Below the pieces are notes generated by a model. The model saw only the letters and a list, made by a program, of their open reading frames with translations. It did no database searches and was not told the DNA's origin. This document shows, piece by piece, positions 14,574 through 28,604 of a stretch of 64,000 bases of DNA. Every line of letters begins with the position of its first letter. Within the stretch, counting starts at the first letter, position 1. The DNA comes from Mobula hypostoma (taxonomy: Eukaryota). The position numbers were made by a program, and so were the translations under genes. The DNA lies in the NCBI RefSeq assembly GCF_963921235.1, contig NC_086108.1, forward strand, positions 100,876,001 to 100,940,000, written 5' to 3'.

Positions 14574-14660
14574 CTTCAGCCACGTTACATGCAGCAAGTT
14601 GAGCATGTAAGAGAAATTTACCATAAAGTTGTCTCCCTGAGGTTGAGAAGCGTTTAGTTG
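14574..14660 (-). CDS. SH3GLB1: Alternative exon 6 with two donors: short 14622-14660 (QLNASQPQGDNFM, 39 nt) and long 14574-14660 (adds VNFSYMLNLLHVTWLK, 87 nt)
   Basis: TTCCAG|CAA CTA AAC...ATG|GTAAAT and ...CTG AAG|GTTTGT; both frame-preserving; matches the recalled mammalian QLNSARLEGDNIM/VNFSYMLNFLHVKWLK. Confidence 0.9.
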
Positions 14661-15289
14661 CTGGAACATTCAGGTAACATAGATAAGGACAAGAAACACA
14701 TATTAGTTAGATTATGTTAGGTTATGCAGCAAAGCTGAAGAGCCATGCACAGTATAAATTACATACTTTGATTAGTATTGGATTCAGTTCTAAAAAATCA
14801 ACTTTTAAAATTGGTTGGTATAGCCAAATATTGTTCTAATTGTCAATTTCTTTTGTACTCCCCCTCACGAACGTTTTGAATTTTGTTGGTAGTATGGTGG
14901 CAAAAGGACCACTAATTTGACTAGCTGATCACAGAACAACGACCATATACTTTATTGGAGGTCATTAGCCTACATACAATTCTGTTCATTAAAAATCTCA
15001 TCACAAGATGATGTAGCAACCAGTCAATTTATTTCTATTTAGTATCAAGACTGACACCCAAAACTTGAAATCATGTGATCTGTGCACTTGAGTACACAAT
15101 TCTTAACCTGGTAAAGAATTGATCTAATTTGGACCAAGTCTGGATCTCATTTTGTTCAGTACAACTAAAATAAAGAGCAAATGCAGTAGAATTAGAGTGC
15201 AATACTGTCACCCAAGGGTTTTGCAGAGTTTTACACTGATTTTTTGCAGAGTCAAAGATTTATAGATCTATTACCTTTCCAGCATTTTC

Positions 15290-15790
15290 AAGTTCATTGT
15301 TATTCCGCCATATTCATGTATACCGCCAAACAAGTTAATGCTCCTCCAGACCAAGGTGCACACAGTACATACAACTCACACACAACATATAAAATAACAG
15401 TACCACAAATAAATTAATACTTTGTGCTATAAATGCACCTTTTTAAAAAAGTAAACAGTATAACACTACTGGCATTTCAGATGTGAAGAGACCGAGTGGT
15501 GGTAGGGAGTTCAGCAGCCTTATAGCTTGGAGGAAGGAGCTGTTTCCCAACCTAACAGTCCTTGTTTTAATGCTACACAATCCCCTACCATCAGGTAGGA
15601 GGTAAAGAGATTGTTGGGTGGATGGGAGGGATCACTGATAATGCTAAGTGTCCAGCAGTCCAGCATAAACAGTGTTAATGATAAATATCTGTTTGGTGGA
15701 AGAGAGACCCTGATGATCCTCAAAGCAGTCCTTACAATCCTTTGTAGGGACTTACAGTCAGATGCATTGCAATTCCTGCACCAGATGGCC
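15290..15790 (-). mobile_element. Rex1/Babar-type LINE 3' fragment
   Basis: Minus strand IIRVSLP...IISDPSHPPNNLF, RTVRLGNSSF; similar to the 3' end of the element at 43505-44154. Confidence 0.65.
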
Positions 15791-18700
15791 TTCCTTTTTC
15801 AGGAAAGAAATTTTTAGAGCTCTATCCAACTCAGTCTGGCTTTTCCAGATCCCACATTATGTTGGAAAATACAATTTTGCTCATCTCGATACTGCAGCAG
15901 GTTAGTGCTGAGCAGTGGATGATTTCTATTCTTGATCTGGTGATGTTTAACTTCCACCATGTGTATTAAGTGCATTATAATGGCCTTCCTGGATGTGCCT
16001 TTCTTGAGTAGACCAGCTGATTGGAATGAAGCAAACTCAACGACAGTTCAAACATTTCCCTCTCAGCAAATGCTGGAATCTATCAAAGGATGAAGTCATA
16101 GGATGCACCGAACACAAGTCAGTCAAACACTGTCAACATGGCATTACACAAGAAAAAAAAAGTTTGACTGAAAAATGTGTTAAGTAGGAATAGAAAAATA
16201 ATATTTTTAAAACACAAAGAGAAACTAATAAATGTTGGTAGATAAAGGATCTGGATCGCTCAAAACTTGTATATATATTTCAAGCAATTTGGAAAGTAAT
16301 TTAGTGCATGGGGGGCAGTTGAAATAATAAAAAAAGGATTTACAAGACTTTGGCAAGACCTAATTTTGAGTACTGTGTGCAGCTTTGCTCTTTGCTTCCA
16401 AGAAGCGTGCATGTGCTTTGGAATCTTGCAGTATATACTGACTAGATGAGGGCGAGTAACAGTGGCTAATACTTAGTGCTGTTTAAAAAAAAACTGAGGA
16501 ATATTTTCATGAAATAACAGAATTTTGAGGAGTGATCTTTTAGAGGTATATAAAAACCATGAGGGACATAGATAAGGGGAATGATCAAAGTATTCTGCTC
16601 AGGGCAAGAATCTAAAACCAGAGGGATATGGAGATAAATTAAACTTAATTGAGGTAGCAACCTCAGTCAACACAGACACATTGGGGCAAAGGGTCTCCTG
16701 TGCTATATATAACCTATGACTCCAGGGAAGGAATGTGCAAATAAGATCAGGATGGAAAGTGGATTGGAGTCAGGGGATCAGTCAAGATCCTTCTGAATGT
16801 TGAACCAGGCATGAGAAACACAGGGTCTATTCTACCTCAGTTCTGAAAACATACCACATACCTCAGGTACCAAAAACACCACTGATTCATTAACTGCTTT
16901 CTATTTCATTGTCTATTTCACACTATTTTCCCATTTCTAACTGTATTTCACACATCCATGATCATTAAGATCCAATACAAGAACATTCATGGAAGAGCAG
17001 AGTACCGAGGCATCAAAACCTCCATCTTCAAGGAAACTGACTGTGACTTTATTACCCAAGTACTTTCCCTATTGCTGTTAATTTACTTTAAATTTTCTTC
17101 ACATCTTCATCCATTTGTTGATGCACATAATCCACATTTACTTAATTTATATAGTAGATCCCACTCAAATGCCATTTACCTGGACTAAAAACAAAATTCC
17201 TGCTGTCTGCAAGGAACTGTTAGATGTTACAATCTGAAGCAAGCACTATATATAAAAAAAAAAGTCATTTCAAACTGGATTCCACTGCTAACTGCAGAGA
17301 TAAAAGGGTACCACCCTGCTCACTGCAGCACCCATTCCAAAGGTCATGATTATTAGTAACATTTAAGTAGTTGAATTTTCTGATTTATTTGGTTTCCTCT
17401 GTTATAACTGCAGCAAATCAACAGATGAGTGTGAGGGTAAGCCCTTTCTTGCTTCAATGCACTATAGGGAGCCCATCCATTAGAAAAGCAAATGTCTAAT
17501 AAATGATAATGTATAGAACTGATAGCTGACATGTTTGCTGCATTTCAATAACTTGGGAAAGATTCTAAGTTCAAGTCAAGTGATTTAATTTTAGGCTCAT
17601 TAGGACCAGCTCCAGTTAACCTACCAGTCATCATCCCTTCCCTCCAATCATTACAAACACTTAAATCTTCATACAGCTTTTTGCAGCTCTAAAGAGCAAT
17701 TTGAGTTTAACCTAGTATTTGCTCATTCCTACCTCCTTGTGGTCTTCAGGCACAATATTACTCTACTTTTGGGCTATATACATACATATATTCCCAAGTG
17801 GGGTCCAAGGCCAGCAGATGGCCCTTCAGCCCACCACTTCCATACTATCTACACCAATTTAAGTGATAAATTTTGTGGGACTACCTGCCTTTGCAACACA
17901 CACTGGCAGTGTTCCAGATTCCAGCCACCTTTTGGGTGTAAAGATTCTCCCTCTAAACTTTCTACCTATGCCCTCCAAGTTTAGATACCTCTGCTGTAGG
18001 GTGAAATCTTCCCCACTATTTATGTTCCTATTTATACTAGTCAGGATACCCGTCAGCTTTTCTACTTAATAAAAACCCAACCTAGTTAGGCACTTCATCC
18101 TAGACAACATCCTGTGAAGCATCTTTACACCCTCTCAGGTACAATCACATCCTTATTATTTGGCAACCAGAAATGCCTATAGTAATCCAGCTGCTGCCTA
18201 AATAGTTACACCAAAATCCTTGCTGCTTTTATGTTCTATGCCCCAGTTAATGAAGGCAAGTGTCCAGAATGCCTTCCAGCCTGCCATATTTACTTATGCT
18301 ACAGCTTCAGGGATCCTTGGATTTGTTCAGTGTAGTCTGTCAGCATCTCAATACTGCTATTATGTTCTACCCATATTCATACCCGAAGTACATCAACCTT
18401 GTCAGGATTAAATTCTATGTACGTTTGTAATAGCATTCTAACCATATTACCAATTCAAAGACTGCCCACCTCATTCTCAATAGCACTCATTAGTTCACTT
18501 CTGAATAACTCTCATATCTTAAAATAATGTTAAATTTAAGCCTGCTTTTTACTACCTCTTGCAACAAGTTCTCAATTTTAGAGGGTGACATTTCTTCCAC
18601 AGTTCTTTATCTAAATCCACCACCGTCTCACAGCGTCCCTTCTCTTTCTGGACCTTCCATCATACATGTAAAGCCAACCTTTATATGTTTTTGCAGAGCA

Positions 18701-18894
18701 GGTTTTACATTAACATTTACAAATGATGAGCCCAACGATATGCTTAAAATGTAAAGATTGATTGCTTTTCCATGTAGTAACTGGCTTTCCACCTGTTTTT
18801 TTTAAATGATCTAAATGAATTTATTACTTTTGTAAAAGTCTTCCTCCCATTTTCCACAAGCATTTTGGCCAAGATGACAATAAATTCTCTGCCA

Positions 18895-19217
18895 AGGCAA
18901 TGGTTGCCACAGGAGGACACAGGTTTAAGGTGCTGGGGAGTAGGTACAGAGGAGATATCAGGGGTAAGTTGTTGTTTGTTGTTGTTATTGATTTTTTTTA
19001 AAACACAAGAGTGGTGAGTGCATGGAATGGGCTGCCAGCAACGGTGGCGGAGGTGGATACTATAGGGTCTTTTAAGAGACTTTTGGATAGGTACATGGAG
19101 CTTAGAAAAATAGAGGGCTATGGGTAAGCCTAGTAATTTCTAAGGTAGGGATATGTTTGGTACAACTTTGTGGGCTGAAGGGCCTGTATTGTGCTGTAGG
19201 TTTCCTATGTTTCTATG
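18895..19217 (+). mobile_element. CR1 3'-end fragment, same subfamily as 4716-6912
   Basis: Closely similar to 6605-6912 (aatggttgccaca...gtaagcctagtaatttctaaggtaggga...tatgtttcta). Confidence 0.85.
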
Positions 19218-19852
19218 CAACATAATTATATAGACAATGCTTCCTCCTCTTCCTTTCTATTCTCCCCCAACCCTTGTACAAGTGACATTATCAGTGGTAC
19301 ATATATTAGGTCAGCGTGGAAGTCCTGAACATTTCTGTGAAATTATGTTGAGATTTTTGCCAAAAAGGCAACTAGAAACTTCATCTAAAATCTGATCAGA
19401 AATGTTTTGCATTGCATACTTGTGTTCAAGTCTCTGAACTTCAACTAATAATCCAAAAGTTGAGGTGAGAATGCCAGCACAAAGATGTGGCCGATTATAT
19501 TCATCATATATCTGCAGTTCAAAGATCATATATTGCCTCCAAGATAAATCTGTTATAGCATTTTGAATACACTACTTAAAGATTGGAAGACTTCATATTA
19601 ACTTAAACACAATGTAGCTAGGAAGAATCACATTTCAGTTTCTCTGAAATATTTAAATTTCCAAAGAAAATTACTGTCATACAATAATTATATTCAGAAC
19701 TATTTCAGATTGAATAAAAAATAATAGAAAATATTACATTCACATTTCAGAAGCACAGCAAGTTGCAGAAATAGCCCTCCCTCAATGATCTTCAATTGGA
19801 ATACCTAATGGATTAGGCACTGAATTACATCACTAATAAATGCTGTACTTAC

Positions 19853-19945
19853 AGCTGAACGGGACTCTGAAACCTTCGCCTTCTTCAGTCTTGCTTTGGC
19901 TGCATCCAAATCCAGTCTTTTATTCTGCAAGAGCTTGCGTTCTTT
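19853..19945 (-). CDS. SH3GLB1: Endophilin-B1 exon 5: KERKLLQNKRLDLDAAKARLKKAKVSESRSA
   Basis: 93 bp, TTTCAG|AAA...GCT|GTAAGT; phase 0/0. Confidence 0.95.
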
Positions 19946-21829
19946 CTGAAAGTATTAACAGATCACAGGTACACACATTATGAAACCCCTGAAAATTCGA
20001 ACTGAAACAGATTGTATGGTGAATGAAAACTTAAGCCACTGTTTTACACAGTGGTATTAAATACTGTTTTGCCATGTTACAGCTGTCAGGGCAGTGCTGG
20101 TCTGATCTGCAAGGGCATTCTTCACTATCAAATGCATTAGAGATGACCCTAAACAGGTTAGATGCTAGATAATATGTAACAGTTACAGAGAACAACATTC
20201 ATTGAATGCATTGAGCTATATCTGGTAGTTACAATTAATGTTAGCACCTACAAAATTTAAAAAGGCAGATTTAGTGATGTTTCCATTTTCTAGTCAGTGC
20301 TACTTGTAGTCAGCGCTTTTCTAGTCAGTGCTATGTTGCCAATAAAGGAGAGAGAAAAATCGCATTCATTGCTCAACATCTCAGCCTTTGACGGCAAGTA
20401 TGCCAAATATCTTCTTTGCTTCCTTATCCATGTTGTTATTTTCAGAGAACAATGAACTCATACACTAATCTATGTCCTTCTGTATCCTTTCACAACCTCC
20501 TTTACTATAACAGCAACATGAACAAATCAGTATCGCTGCTAAAGACCACATGGAGTTATCCTGTATGATGCACCCTTCGATCAATGCTCCAGAAGTCAAA
20601 TGTATTTATTAGCAACTAGCAAAGCAAACGATCCTGAAGTGATGAAACTTATGAAACCAAAACTAGTGATGTTAAATGTACCAAGCGAAGTTGAGATAAG
20701 CAATTTCAAATGTAATTAAGTGGTCAAAAGATATGACACCCGACTGTCCCCAGCTCCAAATTGATCAGAACAAAGCACGAATACACAACGAAATCTTTCA
20801 CTTTTACCGCTCCCCCCTCACAAGTGGCTAGCTACAATACGTGTGCAACACAGGGTACACTACAGACAGAAAACAGAAGCATAGTTGCTACACTGTCAGT
20901 TACTCCAACAGTTTTTGCACTGTCAGCAAACTTATCAGTTCACCTATATTCTCATTCAAGTTATACATTACAAACAAAAATCCTTGCAGCAATCTCTCAG
21001 AATACCAGTGTTATCAGCCATCCAGCCAGAAAAATACACATTACCCTCTGCTTTCCTTCACCAATTTTGTACCCAGTTTGCCAAAACACATTGAAATCTA
21101 TGTGCCCTAACTTTCTGGGCTAGTATATCGTACAGTCCTTTGTCAAAAGCCTTCCAATATTGATTAGACCTCACTGCAGTACTTCTGAATGAATGCCCCA
21201 AAGGATGAGGCCAAATCAGTAGAGCTTAAAAATAAGAGGTAATCAATACCTTCCTGGTTATAGTACATCCCCCTCAAAGAGAAAAAGAACAAGATAGAGG
21301 AGATATGTAGACAAACCACATAAAGGGGCAGTTGATCATCTAACAGAAATTAGGTAATACATCCCCCTCACACAAAAAATACAAACTAGAATATATATGT
21401 AGACAATTACAAAAGTAGTAAAATAATATGGTACATGATGATCTGAACTTCCCCAAAATTGATTGGAATTTGTTTAGCATGAAGATGGGGCTTAAATGGG
21501 GTGAAATTTTTAAAGTGCACCTTTTTAAAAAAAAAGGCATTTTGGACCAAAAACATAGAAATTACTGCTAGACACAGAACAATACTGACCTAATCTGGAC
21601 AAATGATGCCAGGAAAGTGGTGAAAACATTAGTGAATGAGCATGTGGGGGTTAGTGAACCCTTCAACTATTAGGCTCTGTTTACAGTTACTGTTCTAGAG
21701 ATTTGCTGAGTATGCCCGCAGGAAAAAAAAGAGTCTCAGGCTTTATGTGGTGACATGTATGTACACTGAGAAAAATCTTACACAGAATTTTGAACTTAAG
21801 GAACAATTGTGGTTTCCTATGTTAAGGTC

Positions 21830-22990
21830 TCAGACTAGGAGAAGGCTGGTTTAAGTAACAGAATCTGGCAAAAGTAAACTGGGCGCAGCTTGGATGTTGA
21901 ATATCCAACAACTAAAGTCAAATAGTGGCATATATAGTAAATGGCAGGGCACCAAGGCATATTAATGCATAGAAAAACCTAGGAGCTATGCTTAGAGTTT
22001 CCCAAAAATGCAAACACCAGTAGATAGGATGGGGAAAAGGGCACAAGACCACAAGATATAGGAGCAGAATTATGCCATATGGCCCATTGAGTCTGCTCCA
22101 CCATTTCACCATGGTTGAACCAATTTTCCTCTTAGCCCAATCTCCTGGCTTCTCCCCATATCCCTTCATGCTATGATCAGTCAATAATCTATCAACCTCT
22201 GCCTTAAATATACATAAATACTTGGCCCCCACAGCTGCCTGTAGCAAAGAATTCCAGATTCATTCCTCTGACTAAAGATATTCCACCTCATCTCCATTCT
22301 AAAAGGACGCCCCTCTATTTTGAGGCTGTGTCCTCTGGTCTTAGGAGACTCCCCCACCATAGGAAACATCCTCTCCATCAAGGCCTTTCACCATTTAATT
22401 GATTTCAATGAGGTCAGTTCTCATTCTTCTGAATTCCAGTGAATACAGGCCCAGAGACATCAAACACTCTTCATATAACAAGCCATTCAATCATGGAATC
22501 ATTTTTGTGAACCTCCTTTGAACACTTTCCAGGCATGCTTGTCTTACTAGATCAAGACACAGAATGTAAGAAATGGGACACTATGTTGCAAATTTACGAA
22601 GTACTGGTTAAACCTCTCTTAGAATATTACGTGCATTTCCAGTAGCTACACCGTAGCAGGGATGTGATTGCATTGGAAATTTGTCGTGATTTTTCTTGGA
22701 ATGGAAGATTTTAGTTAGGAGCTTGCTTTCCATCAGCAAAAAGGCCAAAAGTGACCTGATAGAAGTATACAAGATTATGGTAAAGATAAGGTTGACAATT
22801 AAAATCTTTTTAACATGGTAGGGGTATCAAAACAAAAGGTTTAAGTTGAAGACATTCTATTTTGTACACAGAACGATAACATCCAGAATGTGCTGTCAAA
22901 TATGATGGTGGAATCAGATACAATTTAAAAACTATTGTCAGGCACTCAGAGGGCTCAATTCTGCATTTGGATATTTCTGTGATTCTGAGT
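21830..22990. mobile_element. Old plus-strand CR1 fragment interrupted by a minus-strand CR1 3' end (~22045-22530)
   Basis: Minus-strand RMFPMVGES..TRGHSLKIEGRPF within plus-strand CR1 RT-tail remnants. Confidence 0.7.
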
Positions 22991-23287
22991 GTATCCCTAT
23001 AAAAAAATGAGACATCGAGGGTCCAAGGCCAATATATCGGACAATCAACGTCAGGGGTATGTAAAAAGAACTACCTTTTAATCAAGACCTCGATTGAGAT
23101 TTTAAAGGCAGAGTTTCATACCAGTTTCTCTGAGTTGGGAGCAATCAATCAATGAGAGATTCATTGGAAACTTTCAATATGCCAGTGTTTCGAGTGGCTT
23201 TGGCTCACCAAGCTTGGGTGAGGTAAATATCTGATAAGTTTCCCTTTGTTGCTATTAGTTCATGGCCAAAGGGGGCCACCCGGATGA

Positions 23288-25645
23288 CCACACCTCTGAG
23301 TTCCCTGCCCGCCATGACGTTGAACTCTTCTTCTGTCGCCTACGTCTCCGAGCCTACTTCTTTCGCAAGGATTCCCCTCCCCCTACTGATGACCCCTTCT
23401 CCTGTCTTCAACCCTCCTCCTCCTGGACACCCCGCCCGGGCCTTCTACCTGCACTCGATCTCTTTATCTCCAACTGTCGCCGAGACATCAACCATCTCAA
23501 CTTCACCACTCCTCTCTCCTGTTCCAACCTCACTCCCTCTGAATGCACTGCCCTCCACTCTCTCCGCACTAATCCAAACCTCACCATCAAACCTGCTGAC
23601 AAAGGTGGTGCCGTAGTAGTCTGGCGGACGGACCTCTACCTCACTCAGGCCAAACGGCAGCTCTCTGACACCTCCTCTTACTTACCCCTGGAACAGGACC
23701 CCCCACCAAAAAACATCAAACCATTGTCTCCTGCACCATCACCACCCTTATCAACTCCGGAGACCTTCCATCCTCAGCTGCAAAACTCATTATTCCCACA
23801 CCCGTACCACTCGGTTTTACCTCCTCCCAAAGATACACAAGTCTGACTGACCCAGTAGACCCATAGTTTCTGCCTGCTCCTGTCCAACCGAACTTGTATC
23901 TGCCTACCTGGACTCCATTTTGTCACCCATAGTTCAGTCCCTCTCCACCTACATCTGCGATACATCCCATGCCCTCCACCTCTTCAATAACTTCCAGTTC
24001 CCCGGTCCCAACCGCTTCATTTTTACTATGGATGTCCAAATCTTATACACCTCCATTCCCCACCAAGAAGGCCTCAAAGCCCTCCGCTACTTCCTGGATA
24101 ATAGACCTCACCAGTTCCCCACCATCACTACCCTCCTCCAGTTAGTGGAACTGGTTCTCACACTTAATAACTCCTCTTTTGGCTCTTCCCACTTTCTTCA
24201 GACTAAGGGTGTAGCTATGGGAACTCGCATGGGACCCAGCTACGCCTGCCTCTTCGTTGGTTATGTGGAACAGTCTGTGCTCCAAACCTATTCTGGTACT
24301 GCTCCCCAACTTTTCCTTCGATACATTGATGACTACATTGGTGCTGCTTCCTGCACCCATGCTGAGCTCGTCAATTTCATCAACTTTACTTCTGACTTCC
24401 ACCCAGCCCTCAAATTCACTTCCTCTATCTCAGACACTTCTCTACCCTTTCTCGATGTCTCGGTCTCCATCTCTGGAGACAGACTGTCCACTAACATCCT
24501 CTACAAGCCCACTGACTCTCATAACTACCTCAACTATACCTCTTCCCACCCCGCCACATGCAAAAATGCCATTCCTTATTCCCAGTTCCTCCGTCTCCGC
24601 CGCATCTGCTCCCAGGATGAGGCTTTCCGTTCCAGGACATCTCAAGTGTCCTCTTTCTTTAAGGATTGTGGTTTCCCTTCCACGGTGATCAATGATGCCC
24701 TCACCCACATCTCCTCCATTTCCCGCACTTCGGCCCTCACCCCATCTTCCCTCCACCACAACAGGGACAGTTCCCCTTGTCCTCACCTACCACCCCACCA
24801 GCCTCCGGATCCAGCACATTATCATCCACAACTTCTGCCAGCTTCAACAGGACCCACCACTAAGCACATCCTTCCCTCCCTACACCTCTCTGCTTTCCAC
24901 AGGGATCGATCCCTCCGCGACTCACTTATCCACACGTCCATCCCCACGGATCTCCCACCTGGCACTTATCCCTGTAAGCGTAAGTGCTACACCTGCCCCT
25001 ACACCTCCTCTCTTGCCACCATTCAGTACCCCAAACAGTCCTTCCAGGTGAGGCAACACTTCACCTGCGAATCTGTTGGGGTCATCTATTGCATCCGGTG
25101 CTCCCGGTGTGGCCTCCTCTACATCGGTGAAACCCGACGCAGATTGGGGGACTGCTTCGTCGAGCACCTCCACTCCGTCTGCCACAACAGACAGGATCTC
25201 CCGGTAGCCACCCACTTCAACTCTGCTTCCCATTCAGATATGTCCATACATGGCCTCCTCTACTGCCATGATGAGGCTAAACTCAGGTTGGAGGAGCAAC
25301 ACCTCATATACTGTCTAGGTAGTCTCCAGCCCCTTGGTATGAACATAGAATTCTCCAACTTCCGGTAATTCCCTCCCCCTCCCTTCCTCTATCCCTATTT
25401 CATATCACCTTCGTCATAGTTCCATCTCCTTCTACTACTGCGCATTGTTCTCCTGCCAATCACCTCCCTGCTTCCCCCCCCCACCCTTTTGTCTTTCAAA
25501 TTACTGTTTTTTCAACTACCAGCATTCTTCAAACCCTCCCCAAAGTTCTTCTTTCAGTCCTGACGAAGGTTTTCGGCCCGAAACGCCGACTAATCTTTTC
25601 GACTGATGTTGACTGCTGAGTTCCTCCAGCGCATTATGAGTGTAC
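23288..25645 (+). mobile_element. Penelope-like element (RT plus GIY-YIG endonuclease) with 3' pseudo-LTR; 5'-truncated and frameshifted
   Basis: IKPADKGGAVVV, GVAMGTRMGPSYA, RYIDD, FLDV, VIYCIRCSRCGLLYIGET..RL..H; pyrimidine-rich 3' region with hammerhead motif. Confidence 0.93.
25556..25591 (+). ncRNA. Penelope minimal hammerhead ribozyme motif, mutated
   Basis: AGTC-CTGACGA-A-GGTTTTCGGCCC-GAAA-CGCC-GACT; cleavage triplet GUC changed to GCC. Confidence 0.6.
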
Positions 25646-27690
25646 CTGGATGATATGTTGCCTCCCTGGTGCCAGGATCAGAGATGTCTCAGATTGGGTC
25701 CATGGCATTCTCAAGGGTGAGGGCGAGCAGCCAGAAGTCTTGGTAGATATTGGCACCAATGACACTGGTAGATAAAGTGAACTGGTCCTGAAGAGAATTT
25801 TGAGAGAGCTAGGTAGAAATTTGAGAAACAGAGCCTCCAGGGTAGTAATCTCTGGAATGCTGCCTATGCCACATATCAGCGAGGGTAAGAATAGAATGGT
25901 TTGACATGTGAATGCGTGACTGAGGAACTGGTGCAGCATGCAGAGGTTCAGATTTATGGAACACTGGGATCTCTTCTAGGGAAGATATGATTTATACAAA
26001 AGGGATGGTTACATCTGAACCAGAGGGGTCCAATATCCTTACAGGCAGGTTGGCTAGATTTGTTTGGATGGGTTTTAACTAATTTAGCTGAAGATGAGGT
26101 AGCTGATGATAGGGCAAAATTGCAGTCAACAGAATGAGTTGCAACTTAAAGAGTGAACAAAAATCAAAAAGAGTGAATACCGGACTGAAGTTGTTACATT
26201 TGAATGTGTGCAGTTTAAGGAATAAGGTACATGAACTTACAGCATAGTTAGAGATCAGCAAACATGTTGTAAGCATCATTGAATTATGGCTGAAAGAAGA
26301 TTATAGCTGGGAGCTTAGTGTCCAAGGTTACACATTGTATCTAAAGGACATACAGGAAGGCAGAGTGGGTGGTGTTGCTCTGTTGGTAAAAAATGAAATA
26401 AAATCATTAGAAAGTGACACAGGATGTCCTTGTGTTGAATCATTGTGGATAGAGCAAAGGAACTGCTACAGTAAAAAGACCCTGACGGGAGATGTATAAA
26501 GACCCCCAAACAGTAGAAGGGATGTGGTTTACAAGTCACAATGGGAGATAGAAAATGCATAGGGTATTTCAATATGCAGGTAGATTGGGAAAATTAGGCT
26601 AGTGCTGGATTACAGAAGTGAAAATTTTTAGAATGCCTATGGGGAAGGCTTTTTAAGATCAGCTCGTGCTTGAGCCCACTAGAGGATCAGCTATTCTGGA
26701 TTGGGTGTTGTGCAATGAGCCAGAATTGATTAGAGAGTTGAAGGTAAAAGATCCCTTAGGGGCAAGTGAACAGAATATGATTAAATTCACCCTGATCTTG
26801 ACAAGGAGAAGCTATCAGTATTATAGTGGAGTAAAGGGAATTACAGAGGCATGAGAGGGGAGTTGGCCAGATTTGATTGGAAAAGAACATTAGAAGCGAT
26901 GACAGCAGAGCAGCAAGGACTGAAATTTCTGGAAGCAATTTGGAAGGCGAAGGATATATACATCACAAAGAGGAAGTAGTATTCTAAAGGAAAGTTGACA
27001 TAATCGTGACCAACAAGAGAAGTCAAAGCCAACAAAGAGAGGACATATAATAGAAGGATTGGGAAGCTTTTAAAAACTGAAGACAACTAAAAACTCATTA
27101 ACATAAAAATAGAATATGAAATCTAGCCAGCCAATATTAGAGGATACGAAAAGTTTCTTCAGTTACATAAAGTGTAAAAGAGAGGCGAGAGTGAACCACT
27201 GGAAAATGATGCTGCAGAGGTACTAATGGGAGACAACTAAATGGCAGACAAACTGAAGTAGTAATTTGCATCACTGTCTACTGTGGAAGACATTAGCAGT
27301 ATGGTGGAAGTTCCAAGTGTCAGCGGCATGAAGTGAGTGAAGTTACCATTACTAGGGATACACTTGAGAAACTGAAAGGTCTGAAGGTAAGTCACCTGGA
27401 CCAGATGGTGTACACCCCAGAGTTCTGAAAAAGGTGGCTGAAGAGATCATGGAGGCATTAGTAATGATCTTTCAAGAATCACAAGATTCTGGAATGGTTC
27501 CGGAAGACTGGAAAATTGCAAATGTCACTCCACTCTTCAAAAAGGGAGAGAGGCAGAAGAAAGGAATTTATTGGCCAGTTAGTCTGACCTCAGTGGTTGG
27601 GAAGATGTTGGATTGCTAAGAATGTGGTTTCAGAGTAGTTAGTGGCACATGATAAAATAGGCCGTAGTTAGCATGGTTTCCTAAAGTCCT
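25646..27690 (+). mobile_element. Degraded CR1: ORF1 esterase region, ORF2 endonuclease and start of RT
   Basis: CCLPGARIRDV...IGTND (SGNH esterase), EPTRGSAILDWVLCNEPE, EDWKIANVTPLFKKG. Confidence 0.85.
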
Positions 27691-28158
27691 AATCCATTCC
27701 ATCTTTCCCCAATACTCAGGTCTTCCAGTCCAGCCAACATCCTTCTCTGTAATCTTTCAACCTTATTGAAATTTTCCCTGTAGGTGGATGACCAGAACTT
27801 CACACAGTACTCGAAATTAGGCCTCTTGTACAACTAGAGGACAACATCTCAACTCCTGTACTCACTACTTGATTTATGAAGGGCAATGTGCCTAAAACTC
27901 TCTTTACAACTACATCTATCCGCACTATCACTTTCAAGAAATTGTGCACCTATATTTCCAGATCCCCCTGTTCTACTGCACTCAACACCCTTTTGTTCAC
28001 TGTGGAAAAATTAGGAGGGAAGATTGTCTGACATATCACCGGCAAACAATATTAAGGGAAAATCAAAGGCACTTTATTGTTAAGAGCAAGAGGTTAACCA
28101 GGGAAAGAATAGATCCCTTCATGGATCAATGGATAAAGTGTGTGGAGCGAGTTGGATA

Positions 28159-28604
28159 CACTCAGTGGTTTTTTGTTTTTATTAGGTACACCTTTTCTTT
28201 AATCACATGGCAGCAAATTAAAGCACAACAGTCTCTAGAGCAGGGGTTCCCAACTTTTCTGCATGGATCCTTACCATTAACAGAGGGAGTCCGTGGACTC
28301 CAGGTTGGAAACCCCTGTTGTGGAGTTTTCAGAGAATGGTGTGAAAATCAAAAAACCTGCAGTGAGCAGCAGTTACGAGGGCATAAATGCCTTGTTAACG
28401 GAAGGTCAGAGGGAAATGGCCGGTCTGGTTCAAACTGACAGGAAGGCAACTCAAATAAACACATCATGACAGTGGCGTGCAGAAGAGCATCTTGGACTGT
28501 ACAAGTCAAACCTTGAAATGGATGGGCTGCAGCAGAATACTATGAACATATTCAGTGGCCACTCTTTAGGTACAGAAGGTATCTAATAAAGTTGCCACTG
28601 AGTG
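28159..28604. mobile_element. Tc1-derived MITE containing a ~77-bp hAT-like mini-element (28241-28317), inside an old CR1
   Basis: TA-CACTCAGTGG...CCACTGAGTG-TA ends; inner CAGGGGTTCCCAAC...GTTGGAAACCCCTG. Confidence 0.7.

Noticed and set aside
20761..21123. Three overlapping ORFs in unique intronic DNA
   Set aside because: No recognisable domain or splice context; antisense to the host gene; probably chance
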